Shown: one piece after another, positions 14,798 through 19,793 of the stretch
Numbering within the stretch: the first letter of the stretch is position 1
Layout of the letters: each line of letters opens with the position of its first letter
Assembly: GCA_020628725.1 (NCBI GenBank)
Contig: JAHDEO010000002.1
Span: 1 to 49,109, forward strand
Reading direction: 5' to 3'
Length of the DNA: 49,109 nt
Origin: Saprospiraceae bacterium
GTDB lineage: Bacteria; Bacteroidota; Bacteroidia; Chitinophagales; Saprospiraceae
Notes under the pieces: model-generated
Seen by the model: only the letters and a program-made list of their open reading frames with translations
What the model was told of the DNA's origin: nothing
Database searches by the model: none
Translations under genes and position numbers: made by a program

Positions 14798-15640
14798 ATA
14801 CCTACGGCAGATTTGGCGTGTGCTATCTCAGCATTCCCACAAGCAGAAGGCAACTGTGTCGGTGATAACCTCTTCCTCAATGCAAATGTACTCGGCGACC
14901 CGGCGGCGTTCAATTACGAATGGACTGGTCCGAATGGATTTAGCTCATTGAACATGAATCCGGTCATTATCGCAGCAGACACCATCAATGCAGGTACATA
15001 CACACTTGCAGTAAGCGATGGAGAATTCTGTGTGGCTGAATTCCCGATTGAAGTAGAAATAGTGCCATGTATCTTGCCGCTTGAATTGACATATTTCAAA
15101 GGTACAGAACAGGACTGCGAAGCGATACTCACATGGGGTACAGCAACCGAACAAGGTATCAGTCATTTCGAGGTGGAGGAAAGTACAGATGGTACTACAT
15201 TCTCCGAAATAGGCAGAGTGAATGCCGCAGGTGATTCGGATGTACCACAGGATTACAGTTTTGTGGATACGAGATTAAGCGAGATTAATTACTACCGTTT
15301 ACGAATCGTAGAGATTGACGGTACAGTGACTTACTCTGAAGTCTTGACGATACAATCAACGTGTACAGCGGGTGGCGTATCCATCTCTGATATATTCCCG
15401 AATCCGGTACACAATGGTGTAGTGAATATCCGTTTCAACAGCAATGTTGACCACGAAGACGCACAAGTTATTGTCAGAGATATGCTCGGCAGAACGATGA
15501 TGCACGTACCATTCACGATATTTGAAGGTACAAACCTCATCACTGTTGACCCAAGTAGACTGCCATCAGCGACCTACTTGATTACAGTACAGGGTAATGA
15601 TTGGCGTTCACAGACGATGCCGTTTGTGAAATTAGATTGA
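2..15640 (+). CDS. Giant secreted repeat adhesin, 5'-truncated by the window edge. It has tandem DUF11/'conserved repeat domain'-like units with acidic linkers, C-terminal Ig-like and FN3-like modules, and a T9SS C-terminal sorting domain.
   Basis: Frame 2 is open from nt 2. Translation of 2-361 continues the repeat (..GPLAPGASTTVDITLTIDPTFQGDEITNYAEISGADNDT..NGDEDDHDPETVPVGQVFDLALIK), so the TTG at 362 in the ORF track is not the real start. There are 5,212 codons in the window and the stop TGA is at 15638-15640. Unit consensus: FDLALxK..GDxVTFTIxVxNQGTxDAYNVxVxDYIPxG..LxDxxW..GPIAPGxSxTVDIT..IDPNF.G..TNYAEIS.A.D..D.DSTPD.D..ND..DEDDHDP. Confidence 0.93.
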   Translation, partial: PGVADLNVPITGPLAPGASTTVDITLTIDPTFQGDEITNYAEISGADNDTDDTNTPPTDIDSTPDGDNTNDGAPEDNVTDNTNGDEDDHDPETVPVGQVFDLALIKTLAPGQPNPINPGDLVNYEITVYNQGTLDAYNVDVVDYIPAGFTYADNDWNAGAAPNEYYQLIPGPIAPGASVVLDLTLQVDANFAGGTTTNYAEIASADDDTDPTNDPPTDLDSTPDSDNSNDGDPVDDVTDNTNGDEDDHDPAEVTVVIFDMALVKTVAAAQTFPVGPGDDVTFTLTVTNQGTVDAYNIDLTDYIPADMSLNDPDWTEVIPGEADLNVPIAGPLAPGASASVDITLTIDPTFQGDEITNYAEINSADDDTDPGNGTPDDIDSTPDADGNNDAGGDPDSPADNATDGDGTGTIGGSDPTTDEDDHDPETIPVGQVFDLALIKTLSAGQSPSVGLGDLITFNITVANQGTLDAYNIEVVDYIPAGLMLADANWITGQAPNEVYQTIPGPLAPNTSTVISITFEVTSAAIGGDNTNFAEISQADDDTDPSNDPPTDVDSDPDNDPNNDGPVSDNEMDNGDGDEDDHDPQDFFVEIFDLALVKKLAPMQPLPINSGDDITFIIEVTNQGNVDAYDVVLTDYLPANTTLNDVLWTDNGDGTATYDAISGVIAPGETETVAITITLDPNFMGTSITNFSEITSVDDDLDPNNDPPIDIDSTPDADDSNDAGGEPDSPSDNSTGGDGSGAPGDTDPTTDEDDHDPETVEVNQVFDLALVKVLDPAQPMPVNPGDMVTYFITVSNQGTLEAYNVEVVDYIPAGMLLADATWLPGANPSEAFQTIPGPILPGDDVTLSLVLQVDPNYAGGDLQNFAEISEADDDTDPTNTPPTDIDSTPNSDPTDDGDYTDDVTDNTNGDEDDHDPADLFVEVFDLALTKTMSTTQTMPVAPGDDVTFTLTVTNQGNVDAYSIELADYIPADMSLNDADWTDNAGVAELNVPIAGPLAPGASTTVDITLMIDPTFQGTSITNYAEITGGDNDTDPTNTPPTDEDSTPDSDDTNDAGGSPDSPTDDSTDGDGSGTPGDTDPTTDEDDHDPETFEVQQTFDLALVKVLDPAQQMPVNPGDMLTYFITVYNQGTVDAHNIEVVDYIPSGMLLADANWSLGVNTSEAYQTYAGPIAPGDNAVLTIVMQVDPNFAGGDLQNFAEITAADDDTDPNNTPPTDIDSTPDSDMQNDGDYEDDVTDNTNGDEDDHDPADVFVEFFDLALEKVLSATQQVPVAPGSDVTFTLIITNEGNVDAYDINLVDYIPADMTLNDADWTENNGIAYLNNAITGPLAPGASTTVDITFTIDSNFQGESITNYAEISGADNDTDPTNDPPTDEDSTPDDIDNGEDEDDHDPETVPVGQIFDLALSKVLTNPNQPYYPGDSVTFTIEITNQGTIDAYDVQIIDYLPPYTTLADPNWFMAFAGNVAFHQMAGPIPAYGGTATVDITLIIDPNIGNVFSLTNLAEITGADDENGVPQDDVDSTPNGNPDDDNLFIDDDIDSTFGDEDDHDPAVVELSYFDLALTKVVSSTQVMPVAPGDDITFTLAITNQGNVDAYNIELADYIPTDLILNDADWTDNGGTAELNTPIAGPLAPNATTTVDITFTIDPNFQGESITNYAEIAAADDDTNPSNDPPADEDSTPDSNDTNDAGGQPDSPADDTVGGDGTGTPGDGNANTDEDDHDPATFPVEQTFDLALIKTLAAGQSPNVSIGDLVTYNITVANQGTVDAYNVEVVDYIPAGMIVADPNWIAGQAVGEYFTTIPFIAKNTSLVISITLEVGPDIAGGTSQNFAEISGADNDTDPTNTPPTDIDSNPDDDPNNDGPYSDNYTNNYNGDEDDHDPAEVFIEIFDLALVKTVSSAQTFPVAPGDNVTFTLTVTNQGNIDAYNIELADYIPADMSLNDADWTDNAGLAELNVPIPGPLAPGFSTSVDITLMIDSNFQGESITNYAEISGADDDQDPNNTPPNDEDSTPDSDNTNDGAPEDNVTDNTNGDEDDHDPETIPVGQSFDLALVKTLDPAQPNPVMPGDMVTYNITVINQGTLDAYNVDVVDYVPSGFTLADANWSPGAVTSEVYQLIPGPIAPGDAVTLSLTLQVDLDYAGGTSTNFAEISEADDDTDPTNTPPQDVDSTPDNDNTNDGTPEDDDTNNTNGDEDDHDPADITVEIFDLALVKTVADAQTFPVYPGDNVTFKLTVTNQGTIDAYNIALVDYIPIDMSLNDADWTENTPGIADLNMPIAGPLAPGASMSVDITFTIDPNFQGEEITNFAEISEADNDNDPTNGTPDDIDSTPDNDNNNDGAPEDNITDNTNGDEDDHDPETIPVGQIFDLALIKTLSAGQSPNVSISDQVTYNITVANQGTLDAYNIEVVDYIPAGMIMVDANWTPGQVANEYFTTIPFLASNTSTVITITLEVGPDITGGTSQNFAEISGADDDTDPNNTPPTDIDSTPDDDDTNDGPYSDNYTNNFNGDEDDHDPAEVFIEIFDLALTKVLDPNQPMPIAPGDEITFLIEVTNQGNIDAYDIVLTDYIPAGTTSSSAFWTDNGNGTMTYNSIPGPIAPGNSATVIVQVTVDNNFAGTSLTNYAEITSADDDLDPNNTPPTDIDSTPDADNTNDAGGSPDSPSDDSTGGDGTGTPGDENAATDEDDHDPVTVPIEQVFDLALTKTLLNPNDTYYIGDDATFEIEVTNQGTLDAYNVEIVDYIPAGLTLNDANWTTGFGNEAFTTIAGPIAAYGGTTTVTITTTIDATFAGGTLTNFAEIAGAEDEDGNPQDDVDSTPDNDPTNDGDYTDDVTDNTNGDEDDHDPADITVDVFDLALLKDLSPNQALPVFPGQDVTFVFTIFNQGTVTAQNVTVTDYIPAGYVLNHSDWTAVSASEANILVPGPIVPGGGTTVEITLTVQAGATGNDLVNVGEISNAEDIEGNTPPDTDSTPDNDDSNDPTVDGVTDGTGGDEDDSDPATVPVSSFDLALNKVLSDPATGGPVQSGDDITFTIFVHNQGTEDAYNILVTDYIPSDLTLNDADWTSVSATEANIVIPGPISAGTSQSVDITLTVNPNVSGNLTNYAEISDAEDENGNHPTDADSTPDNDPNNDGTVEDDEIFENGQNGNDEDDHDPASVFVGEFDLALTKTLAGGQASTVSVGDLVTFQIEVFNQGDFDAADIEITDYIPAGFTLADPNWVSVDASTATTTIAGPITVNSSAIVTIVLEVTPDVTAGNHTNYAEISYAEDTNDNPQNDVDSTPDGDNSNDAGGSPDSPSDNSIGGDGSGTPDDTNAATDEDDHDPANINVEVFDLALTKVLTDTTVNYYPGGIVTFTIEVFNQGSIDAYNVELIDYIPSGLILNDNDWTTFTGSEAVTTIPGPIAVGTSTTVDITFTIDPNITSADSVTNFSEITGGEDVDGNPQDDVDSDSDNDPTNDGTPDDNTTDGSNGDEDDHDPATVDIEIFDLALTKVLANPTATYFPGDTVVFTHEVFNQGTVDAYNINVADYIPAGLMLADSDWWLISGTAYTTIDGPIAVGASETVDITFIIDPNLSSESSITNFGEIVGAEDEDGQKPDDIDSEGDANDGNDAGGQPNSSADNSTGGDGTGTPGNDDPNTDEDDHDPAQVNVDIFDLALVKTLADPTATYTVGSDVTFNIEVINQGTADAYNVDVVDYIPTGLILNDAGWSLLNAGTATRSITGPIPPGASELLSITFTIDPNLPGSITSLENFAEISGAEDANNNPATDIDSTPDSDDTNDAGGTSGTPSDDATGGNGTGTPGDGNASTDEDDHDPAVVPISTFDLALTKMLAGGQSPVIAPGDFVTFQITVINQGDIDATDVVISDYIPAGFTLADNDWTFINAARATYVITGVITAGSIETVEITLQAGNNLSGDYTNYAEISHAEDTNGNWMDDADIDSTPDGDNTNDAGGDPNSPADDATGGDGSGTIGNGNPFTDEDDHDPATVTVQYFDLALTKVLTGSQVYYNPGDMVTFQIEVFNQGTIDAHNVVVTDYPPAGLTLADADWTQAFNGDIFYQIDGPIAPNTSVTVDITFMIDPNVTATSLVNFAEIADAEDAIGNHPNDIDSEPNTDPNDDTLVLDDDTDSTLGDEDDHDPAEVLIGDQIFDLALTKVLANPNATYFAGDDVTFTIEVTNQGTVDAYNVSIVDYIPAGMTLNDSDWTLAFGNEAFTNIAGPIAANGGTATVDITLTIDANTSLQNFTNYAEINSAEDVNGNPQDDVDSTPDNNPGNDPLLADDDINSTGGDEDDHDPANVSLSVFDLALVKTLSATQNMPIGVGSDVTFTLTITNQGNVDAYNVNIADYIPTGLILNDNDWIENTQGIAELFFPISGPIAAGSSYNVDITFTVDPAFTGNSITNYAEISEADNDTNTANTPPTDSDSTPDSNNTNDAGGTPDSPADDSTNGDGSGNPGDVDAATDEDDHDPATIQIEQIFDLALTKVLANPTGNYYANDDVTFTIEVTNQGTIDAYNVDIIDYIPTGMFLNDTDWVAGPQPNTALATIAGPITPGNSAMIDITLRLDSLSGTPTLTNFAEISDAEDVDGNSPDDIDSDADTDDLNDGFYVDNEIDNGSGDEDDHDPADVTLQVFDLALLKNLSPTQSLPVFEGQDATFVITVYNQGTVDATNVTITDYIPAGFLLNDSDWTSVSPSEAYIVITDVIPVGGSYDVEVTMTVQPGAAGSDLVNFAEISEAEDTQGNMPEDVDSTPDTNNVDDWVDGVTDNTSGDEDDHDPAQLPVGVFDVALSKVILLPSAGIPVNQGDVVIFGLYIYNQGTDTVQNVKLTDYIPAELTLADPDWTQISATEATYVHPTPIAPGDRGLVHIRFIVNDVSNGIITNYAEISDAEDTNGNHPIDVDSTPDNDNTNDGPVDDNEIFGDGQNGNDEDDHDIEEIPTADLACAISAFPQAEGNCVGDNLFLNANVLGDPAAFNYEWTGPNGFSSLNMNPVIIAADTINAGTYTLAVSDGEFCVAEFPIEVEIVPCILPLELTYFKGTEQDCEAILTWGTATEQGISHFEVEESTDGTTFSEIGRVNAAGDSDVPQDYSFVDTRLSEINYYRLRIVEIDGTVTYSEVLTIQSTCTAGGVSISDIFPNPVHNGVVNIRFNSNVDHEDAQVIVRDMLGRTMMHVPFTIFEGTNLITVDPSRLPSATYLITVQGNDWRSQTMPFVKLD
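15370..15637 (+). other. T9SS C-terminal sorting domain (Por_Secre_tail type) of the giant protein.
   Basis: The terminal ~85 aa read ..VSISDIFPNPVHNGVVNIRFNSNVDHEDAQVIVRDMLGRTMMHVPFTIFEGTNLITVDPSRLPSATYLITVQGNDWRSQTMPFVKLD. The (I/L)FPNP start, the D.(L/M)GR motif and the G.Y.(L/I) pattern are typical of type A CTDs. Confidence 0.8.
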
Positions 15641-15650
15641 TGAAAGATAC

Positions 15651-15690
15651 AAGCTCAGGCACAGGTTCAAATTGAACTTGTGTTTGGCTT
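15651..15690 (+). terminator. Possible stem-loop terminator after the giant gene.
   Basis: cacaggttcaa (15660-15670) is complementary to ttgaacttgtg (15672-15682) with one G-T position. The outer aagc/gctt also pairs. The following T-run is weak (ggttattttg). Confidence 0.3.
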
Positions 15691-15800
15691 GGTTATTTTG
15701 TAAAACAGAACTCGTGTTTCGGGCTTAGGCTTCGGAGCGCGAGTTTTTTGTTTTGTAAGATGTTGCACCAAATACCAATAAAATACTGATAAAACACTTC

Positions 15801-15822
15801 AAAATTGGGATTTGGATTTTGG
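15801..15822 (-). repeat. Partial copy of the AATTCCA/AAATCCC heptamer motif family.
   Basis: aaaattgggatttggattttgg has the reverse complement ccaaaatccaaatcccaatttt. This shares tccaaatcccaattt with the copy at 30586-30600. Confidence 0.4.
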
Positions 15823-16066
15823 ACCTTTTCAAGTTGTCCACGACTTGAATTAGAATATGTTGAAGCATTGGAATTGGAAAGAACATTTACGGTTTTTAAA
15901 GAAGAATAAGCTACTTTTTTGTGTATCGTCATAACCGCAACAGTATTTTCTTCTAAGAAAAAACAGAACCACAAACTTAACATTACTTTTTTTCTGTTAT
16001 TTATTGCTTTTCGTTTTGTTTTCTGATATATAACTTCTTATCTTAGTGTTAAGATTACACTATTGT

Positions 16067-16111
16067 AAATAATAAGATAAAATATAGGTTTACAATTTTG
16101 TCTTATTATTT
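16067..16111. promoter_or_regulatory. Inverted repeat upstream of the SusC-like gene (candidate operator or promoter-associated site).
   Basis: aaataataagataaaa (16067-16082) and ttttgtcttattattt (16096-16111) are 15/16 complementary with a 13-nt spacer. The repeat ends 32 nt before the ATG at 16143. Confidence 0.2.
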
Positions 16112-16142
16112 GACATCAAATTATTAAAGAAAACTATTAACT

Positions 16143-19100
16143 ATGAGAAAAGTAAAGTACTATACTTTTTTAGAAAAGACTATCCGGCACGCTACTGCTA
16201 TGTTAGTCTTTTCCCTGTTTTGTGTGGGGCTTTCGGCACAAAGCACAGTTTCCGGTACAGTCACCGATGATGCCGGACAAGGACTTATCGGTGTAACGGT
16301 TGTAGTAGCAGGTACCACAAATGGTACCGTTACCGATATTGATGGAAATTACAGCATTCAAGCCTCTAAAGGTGAGACGTTGGAATTTTCCTATGCCGGT
16401 TTTGCCACACAAAGACTAACGGTCGGTGACGACGGTACGCTCAATGTAGGCTTACTGACTGATGCCGAAGACCTCGTAGAAGTCGTTGTAACGGGATATT
16501 CGATAGACAGGCGACGAAATACGCCCGGATCTGTTTCTACCGTCAAAGCTTCTGATTTGACTGCGGTTCCTTCCGGAGATGTAGAGCAACAACTACAAGG
16601 TAGAGTTTCCGGGGTAACGGTCATTTCCAATGGTCAGCCCGGTACGACCAGTCAGATAAGGGTAAGAGGTTATGGTGCTTTAGGCGGTAACGAACCGCTT
16701 TATGTGATAGATGGTGTTCCGACAACCAGTACCAATTTCCTCAATCCGGATGACATTGAAACTGTCACCGTTTTGAAGGATGCGACTGCGGCATCTATAT
16801 ATGGTGCGCGTGCAGCGAGTGGTGTCATCGTTTACACGACTAAAAAAGGGAAAAAAGAAAAACGTCCTATGGAAGTCACCTATAATGGTATGATTGGAGC
16901 TACCGACCCCGGTCAATCACCACCAATTATGAATCCGCAGGACCACGCCAACTGGACTTGGAAAGCGATAGAAAATGCCGCTATTCAAGCCGGTGAAACA
17001 CCTGTTTATCAGCATGAACAATTTGGTGCAGGTGCAACGCCTGTTTTGCCGGATTACCTTTTGGTCGGACCTGACAAAGCTGTTACAGGTAGCGTAAATC
17101 TTGCAGATCATGTAGACGCTTATAATGTAGATCCCGAAGCCGGGTCTGTTTATCAGGTAGTGAAAGCGGCTACCGGAGAAGGAACTGACTGGTATGATGC
17201 GATCACTCGTACAGCCATGCTTCATCGTCACCACCTCGGCTTTTCCGGTGGAGGCGTGAATAGTCGTTATTACGTCGGATTGGGTATGCAAGAGCAGGAT
17301 GGTATTTTACTGCATCAGGATTTTTCCAGATATTCTTTAAGAGTAAATAGTGAGTTTGACCTTTTACCAAGTTTGAGAATCGGGCAAAATATTCAAACCT
17401 TTTATCGTTCAGCTGATATCTTCGGATCTGATGGAGGTAGCGGCTCTTCTGATGATGAAAATGTGGTCTTAACAGCATCCAGAATGCCTTCTATTATTCC
17501 TGTATATGATGAGTTTGGAGGCTATGCCGGTACTTCCGTAGGTGGGTTCAATAATGGTCGTAATCCTGTAGCAACGCTTGATGGACAACAGAACAACCGC
17601 AACTTCCAAACTGCAATTTTTGGAAATCTATATTTAGAGTTAGAACCGATTGAGAATTTGACCTTCCGTACTAACTTTGGTGGTGATTATGGTTCTACTC
17701 ATTCTTGGGCATATACGCGCCGTCAATATGAAAATTCTGAAAATAATTCTTCTTTTGCTTTTAATCAAGCCTCTAATTTTTACAGAAATTGGGTTTGGAC
17801 GAATACGGCTAATTACAGCCTCGATTTTGGGCTTGGTAGTGCAGATATTTTGATCGGACAAGAGGCTTTGAACTTTGGCGCAGGTAGAGGAATGGGAGCT
17901 TCCGGTATTAATCCATTCTCCCAATCAGTAGAATTTGTAGGCATATCTACTGTAGGAAGTCAGGTAGTAGGCGGTGGTCACGGAGATGGTGTCAACTTTG
18001 CTTCATACTTCGGTAGAGTCAACTTTGATTTGCAAGATAAATACATCGTCTCTGTAGTTGCTCGTCGCGATGGTTCTTCTCGTTTTGGTAGCGAAAATCG
18101 CTACGGGATATTTCCGGCAGTATCGGTGGCTTGGAGGCTGTCTTCTGAGAAATTCATGAGTGATATACCCTTCTTGGACGACTTGAAATTGCGTGCAGGA
18201 TATGGTATCATGGGTAATTCTAACAATGTTGACCCTAACAATCAGTTTAGTCTTTACGCTACCAGCATTGGTGCATCCAGTTATGACATAGGTGGTACTA
18301 ACTCAAGTGCCGAGCAAGGATTTTACAGATCGCGTATTGGAAACCCATTTGCAAAATGGGAAAGAGCGATTACGCGTAATATCGGTCTTGATGCCTTGAT
18401 GTTAGATGGTAAATGGGATATAGGCGTTGAATTTTGGGTAAAAGATACTGAAGACCTACTATTCCAACAGCCGGTAACTGTGATGACGGGTTCATTCGCA
18501 GCCGCGCCTTTTGTCAATGTAGGTAAAATGAGAAACAGAGGGGTAGATTTTACTGTCATTAATAAAGGTGGTAATAAACTAAGATATGAAGTCGCACTAA
18601 CAGGTGGTTTCTTAAACAATGAAATCGTAGAGCTTTCCGATGGTATTGAAAATTTACCAAATAGAAGCTCATCCTATCGTGGTATCACGCCTGTATTGAA
18701 TCAGGTAGGTCAGCCACTTTCGGCTTTTTATGGCTTCCAAGTAGAAGGTATATTTGCTGATCAAGCTGAAGTGGATGCTCACGCCACACAAGATGGTGCT
18801 GCTCCCGGTCGTTTCAAATTTTCTGACATTGATAGCTTTGATGAAAATGGAAATCTAACCGGTGTGCCGGATGGTATCATTGACCTCGCGGATAGAACGA
18901 ATATCGGAAATCCTATTCCTGATTTCACAGGTGGTTTGACTGTTAAGCTGAATTATCAAAACTTTGGATTGGAAATGTATTCTTTTGCTTCTATCGGCAA
19001 TGAAATCTATAATATTTCAAAATTATTTACGGATTTCTACCCGCTATTCCCGGGTGCTGCCATTAGCGAACGCGTGAAAGATTCTTGGTCTTTTAACAAT

Positions 19101-19421
19101 CCAAACGGTAGTATTCCAATTTTTGAAAACGTTTCTAATTTCAGTACAAATACACAATCCAATTCCTTCTACGTAGAAGATGGTTCTTATTTCAGATTGC
19201 AAAACTTGACGCTTTCTTATGCTTTACCTAAACATATTACCGATGGCATAAAAATGAGAGACATTAAATTTACGGCAAGTGTCAACAACTTATTTACCAT
19301 CACAGGATATGAAGGTCTAGACCCAAGTGTAGGTGGTTCAGCCGATACCAACTTTGGAATTGATTTGGGGAATATTCCTATCACACGCAGCTTTACATTT
19401 GGCGTAAGAGCCGGATTTTAA
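16143..19421 (+). CDS. SusC/RagA-family TonB-dependent outer-membrane transporter.
   Basis: 1,092 aa. It has a signal peptide (..FCVGLSAQS) and a carboxypeptidase-regulatory-like domain (VSGTVTDDAGQGLIGVTVVVAGTTNGTVTDIDGNYSI). It has plug motifs (IRVRGYGALGGNEPLYVIDGVP, AAASIYGARAASGVIVYTTKKG) and a C-terminal barrel ending ..FGVRAGF. A SusD-like gene follows. Confidence 0.93.
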   Translation: MRKVKYYTFLEKTIRHATAMLVFSLFCVGLSAQSTVSGTVTDDAGQGLIGVTVVVAGTTNGTVTDIDGNYSIQASKGETLEFSYAGFATQRLTVGDDGTLNVGLLTDAEDLVEVVVTGYSIDRRRNTPGSVSTVKASDLTAVPSGDVEQQLQGRVSGVTVISNGQPGTTSQIRVRGYGALGGNEPLYVIDGVPTTSTNFLNPDDIETVTVLKDATAASIYGARAASGVIVYTTKKGKKEKRPMEVTYNGMIGATDPGQSPPIMNPQDHANWTWKAIENAAIQAGETPVYQHEQFGAGATPVLPDYLLVGPDKAVTGSVNLADHVDAYNVDPEAGSVYQVVKAATGEGTDWYDAITRTAMLHRHHLGFSGGGVNSRYYVGLGMQEQDGILLHQDFSRYSLRVNSEFDLLPSLRIGQNIQTFYRSADIFGSDGGSGSSDDENVVLTASRMPSIIPVYDEFGGYAGTSVGGFNNGRNPVATLDGQQNNRNFQTAIFGNLYLELEPIENLTFRTNFGGDYGSTHSWAYTRRQYENSENNSSFAFNQASNFYRNWVWTNTANYSLDFGLGSADILIGQEALNFGAGRGMGASGINPFSQSVEFVGISTVGSQVVGGGHGDGVNFASYFGRVNFDLQDKYIVSVVARRDGSSRFGSENRYGIFPAVSVAWRLSSEKFMSDIPFLDDLKLRAGYGIMGNSNNVDPNNQFSLYATSIGASSYDIGGTNSSAEQGFYRSRIGNPFAKWERAITRNIGLDALMLDGKWDIGVEFWVKDTEDLLFQQPVTVMTGSFAAAPFVNVGKMRNRGVDFTVINKGGNKLRYEVALTGGFLNNEIVELSDGIENLPNRSSSYRGITPVLNQVGQPLSAFYGFQVEGIFADQAEVDAHATQDGAAPGRFKFSDIDSFDENGNLTGVPDGIIDLADRTNIGNPIPDFTGGLTVKLNYQNFGLEMYSFASIGNEIYNISKLFTDFYPLFPGAAISERVKDSWSFNNPNGSIPIFENVSNFSTNTQSNSFYVEDGSYFRLQNLTLSYALPKHITDGIKMRDIKFTASVNNLFTITGYEGLDPSVGGSADTNFGIDLGNIPITRSFTFGVRAGF

Positions 19422-19459
19422 ATTGAATAGAAAATTTGATATGCTTAGAAACTTTTTTT

Positions 19460-19772
19460 GAACCACGAAGCGCACTAAGAACACTAAAACTCAATTAACG
19501 CAAAAAGAAAACTAAGAGGCTGTTTAAAATTATTTTTTTGATGAATATGAAATGTATTTTTTGTCCAGATGAAGCTCATTTTGAGGATTATAGCCGAGCT
19601 ACATGACGAAAAATAGCTGAAGTATGGGCGAAAAAGACGTTTCATAGTCGCAATACAAATAATTTTAAACAGCCTCTAAGGCAACTAAAAAATTATTTTA
19701 CAGTGTTTTATAGAGTTTTTAGTGAACTTTCGCGTTAGTTTGGTCTTCGTGTTTTTAGTGAACTTAGTGGTT
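19460..19772. repeat. Imperfect palindromic element of about 310 bp filling the susC-susD spacer.
   Basis: The 21-bp perfect core arms are agaggctgtttaaaattattt (19515-19535) and aaataattttaaacagcctct (19657-19677). The inner 121 nt continues as an imperfect hairpin (tatgaaatgt pairs with acgtttcata). The outer blocks aaccacgaag..cactaaaactc (19461-19492) pair with gagtttttagtg..cttcgtg..cttagtggtt (19713-19772). gtttttagtgaactt occurs twice (19715-19729 and 19751-19765). Confidence 0.7.
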
Positions 19773-19793
19773 TAAATTAAAAAAATAATTAAA

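Noticed and set aside
77-15543. Dozens of 60-220-aa ORFs on the minus strand and in alternative plus frames across the giant gene (for example 3776-4405, 8111-8710, 11864-12529).
   Set aside because: They are shadows of the repeat's biased codon usage. GAC/GAT/ACC/GGC-rich codons leave the antisense and shifted frames free of stops. Their translations are low-complexity (S/V/G/R-rich), recur with the repeat period and have no start context. The frame-2 ORF explains the whole region.
15693-15983. A 96-aa minus-strand ORF in the spacer upstream of the SusC-like gene.
   Set aside because: It lies in AT-rich intergenic sequence, has a low-complexity translation and no recognisable motif. It overlaps hairpin and heptamer-motif sequence and is most likely non-coding.
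19541-19606. A 21-codon mini-ORF (MNMKCIFCPDEAHFEDYSRAT, with CxxC) inside the susC-susD palindrome, and a ~54-codon ORF on the opposite strand.
   Set aside because: A palindrome generates mirror ORFs on both strands by construction. There is no supporting start context or homology I can recognise. I treat it as non-coding unless ribosome profiling says otherwise.
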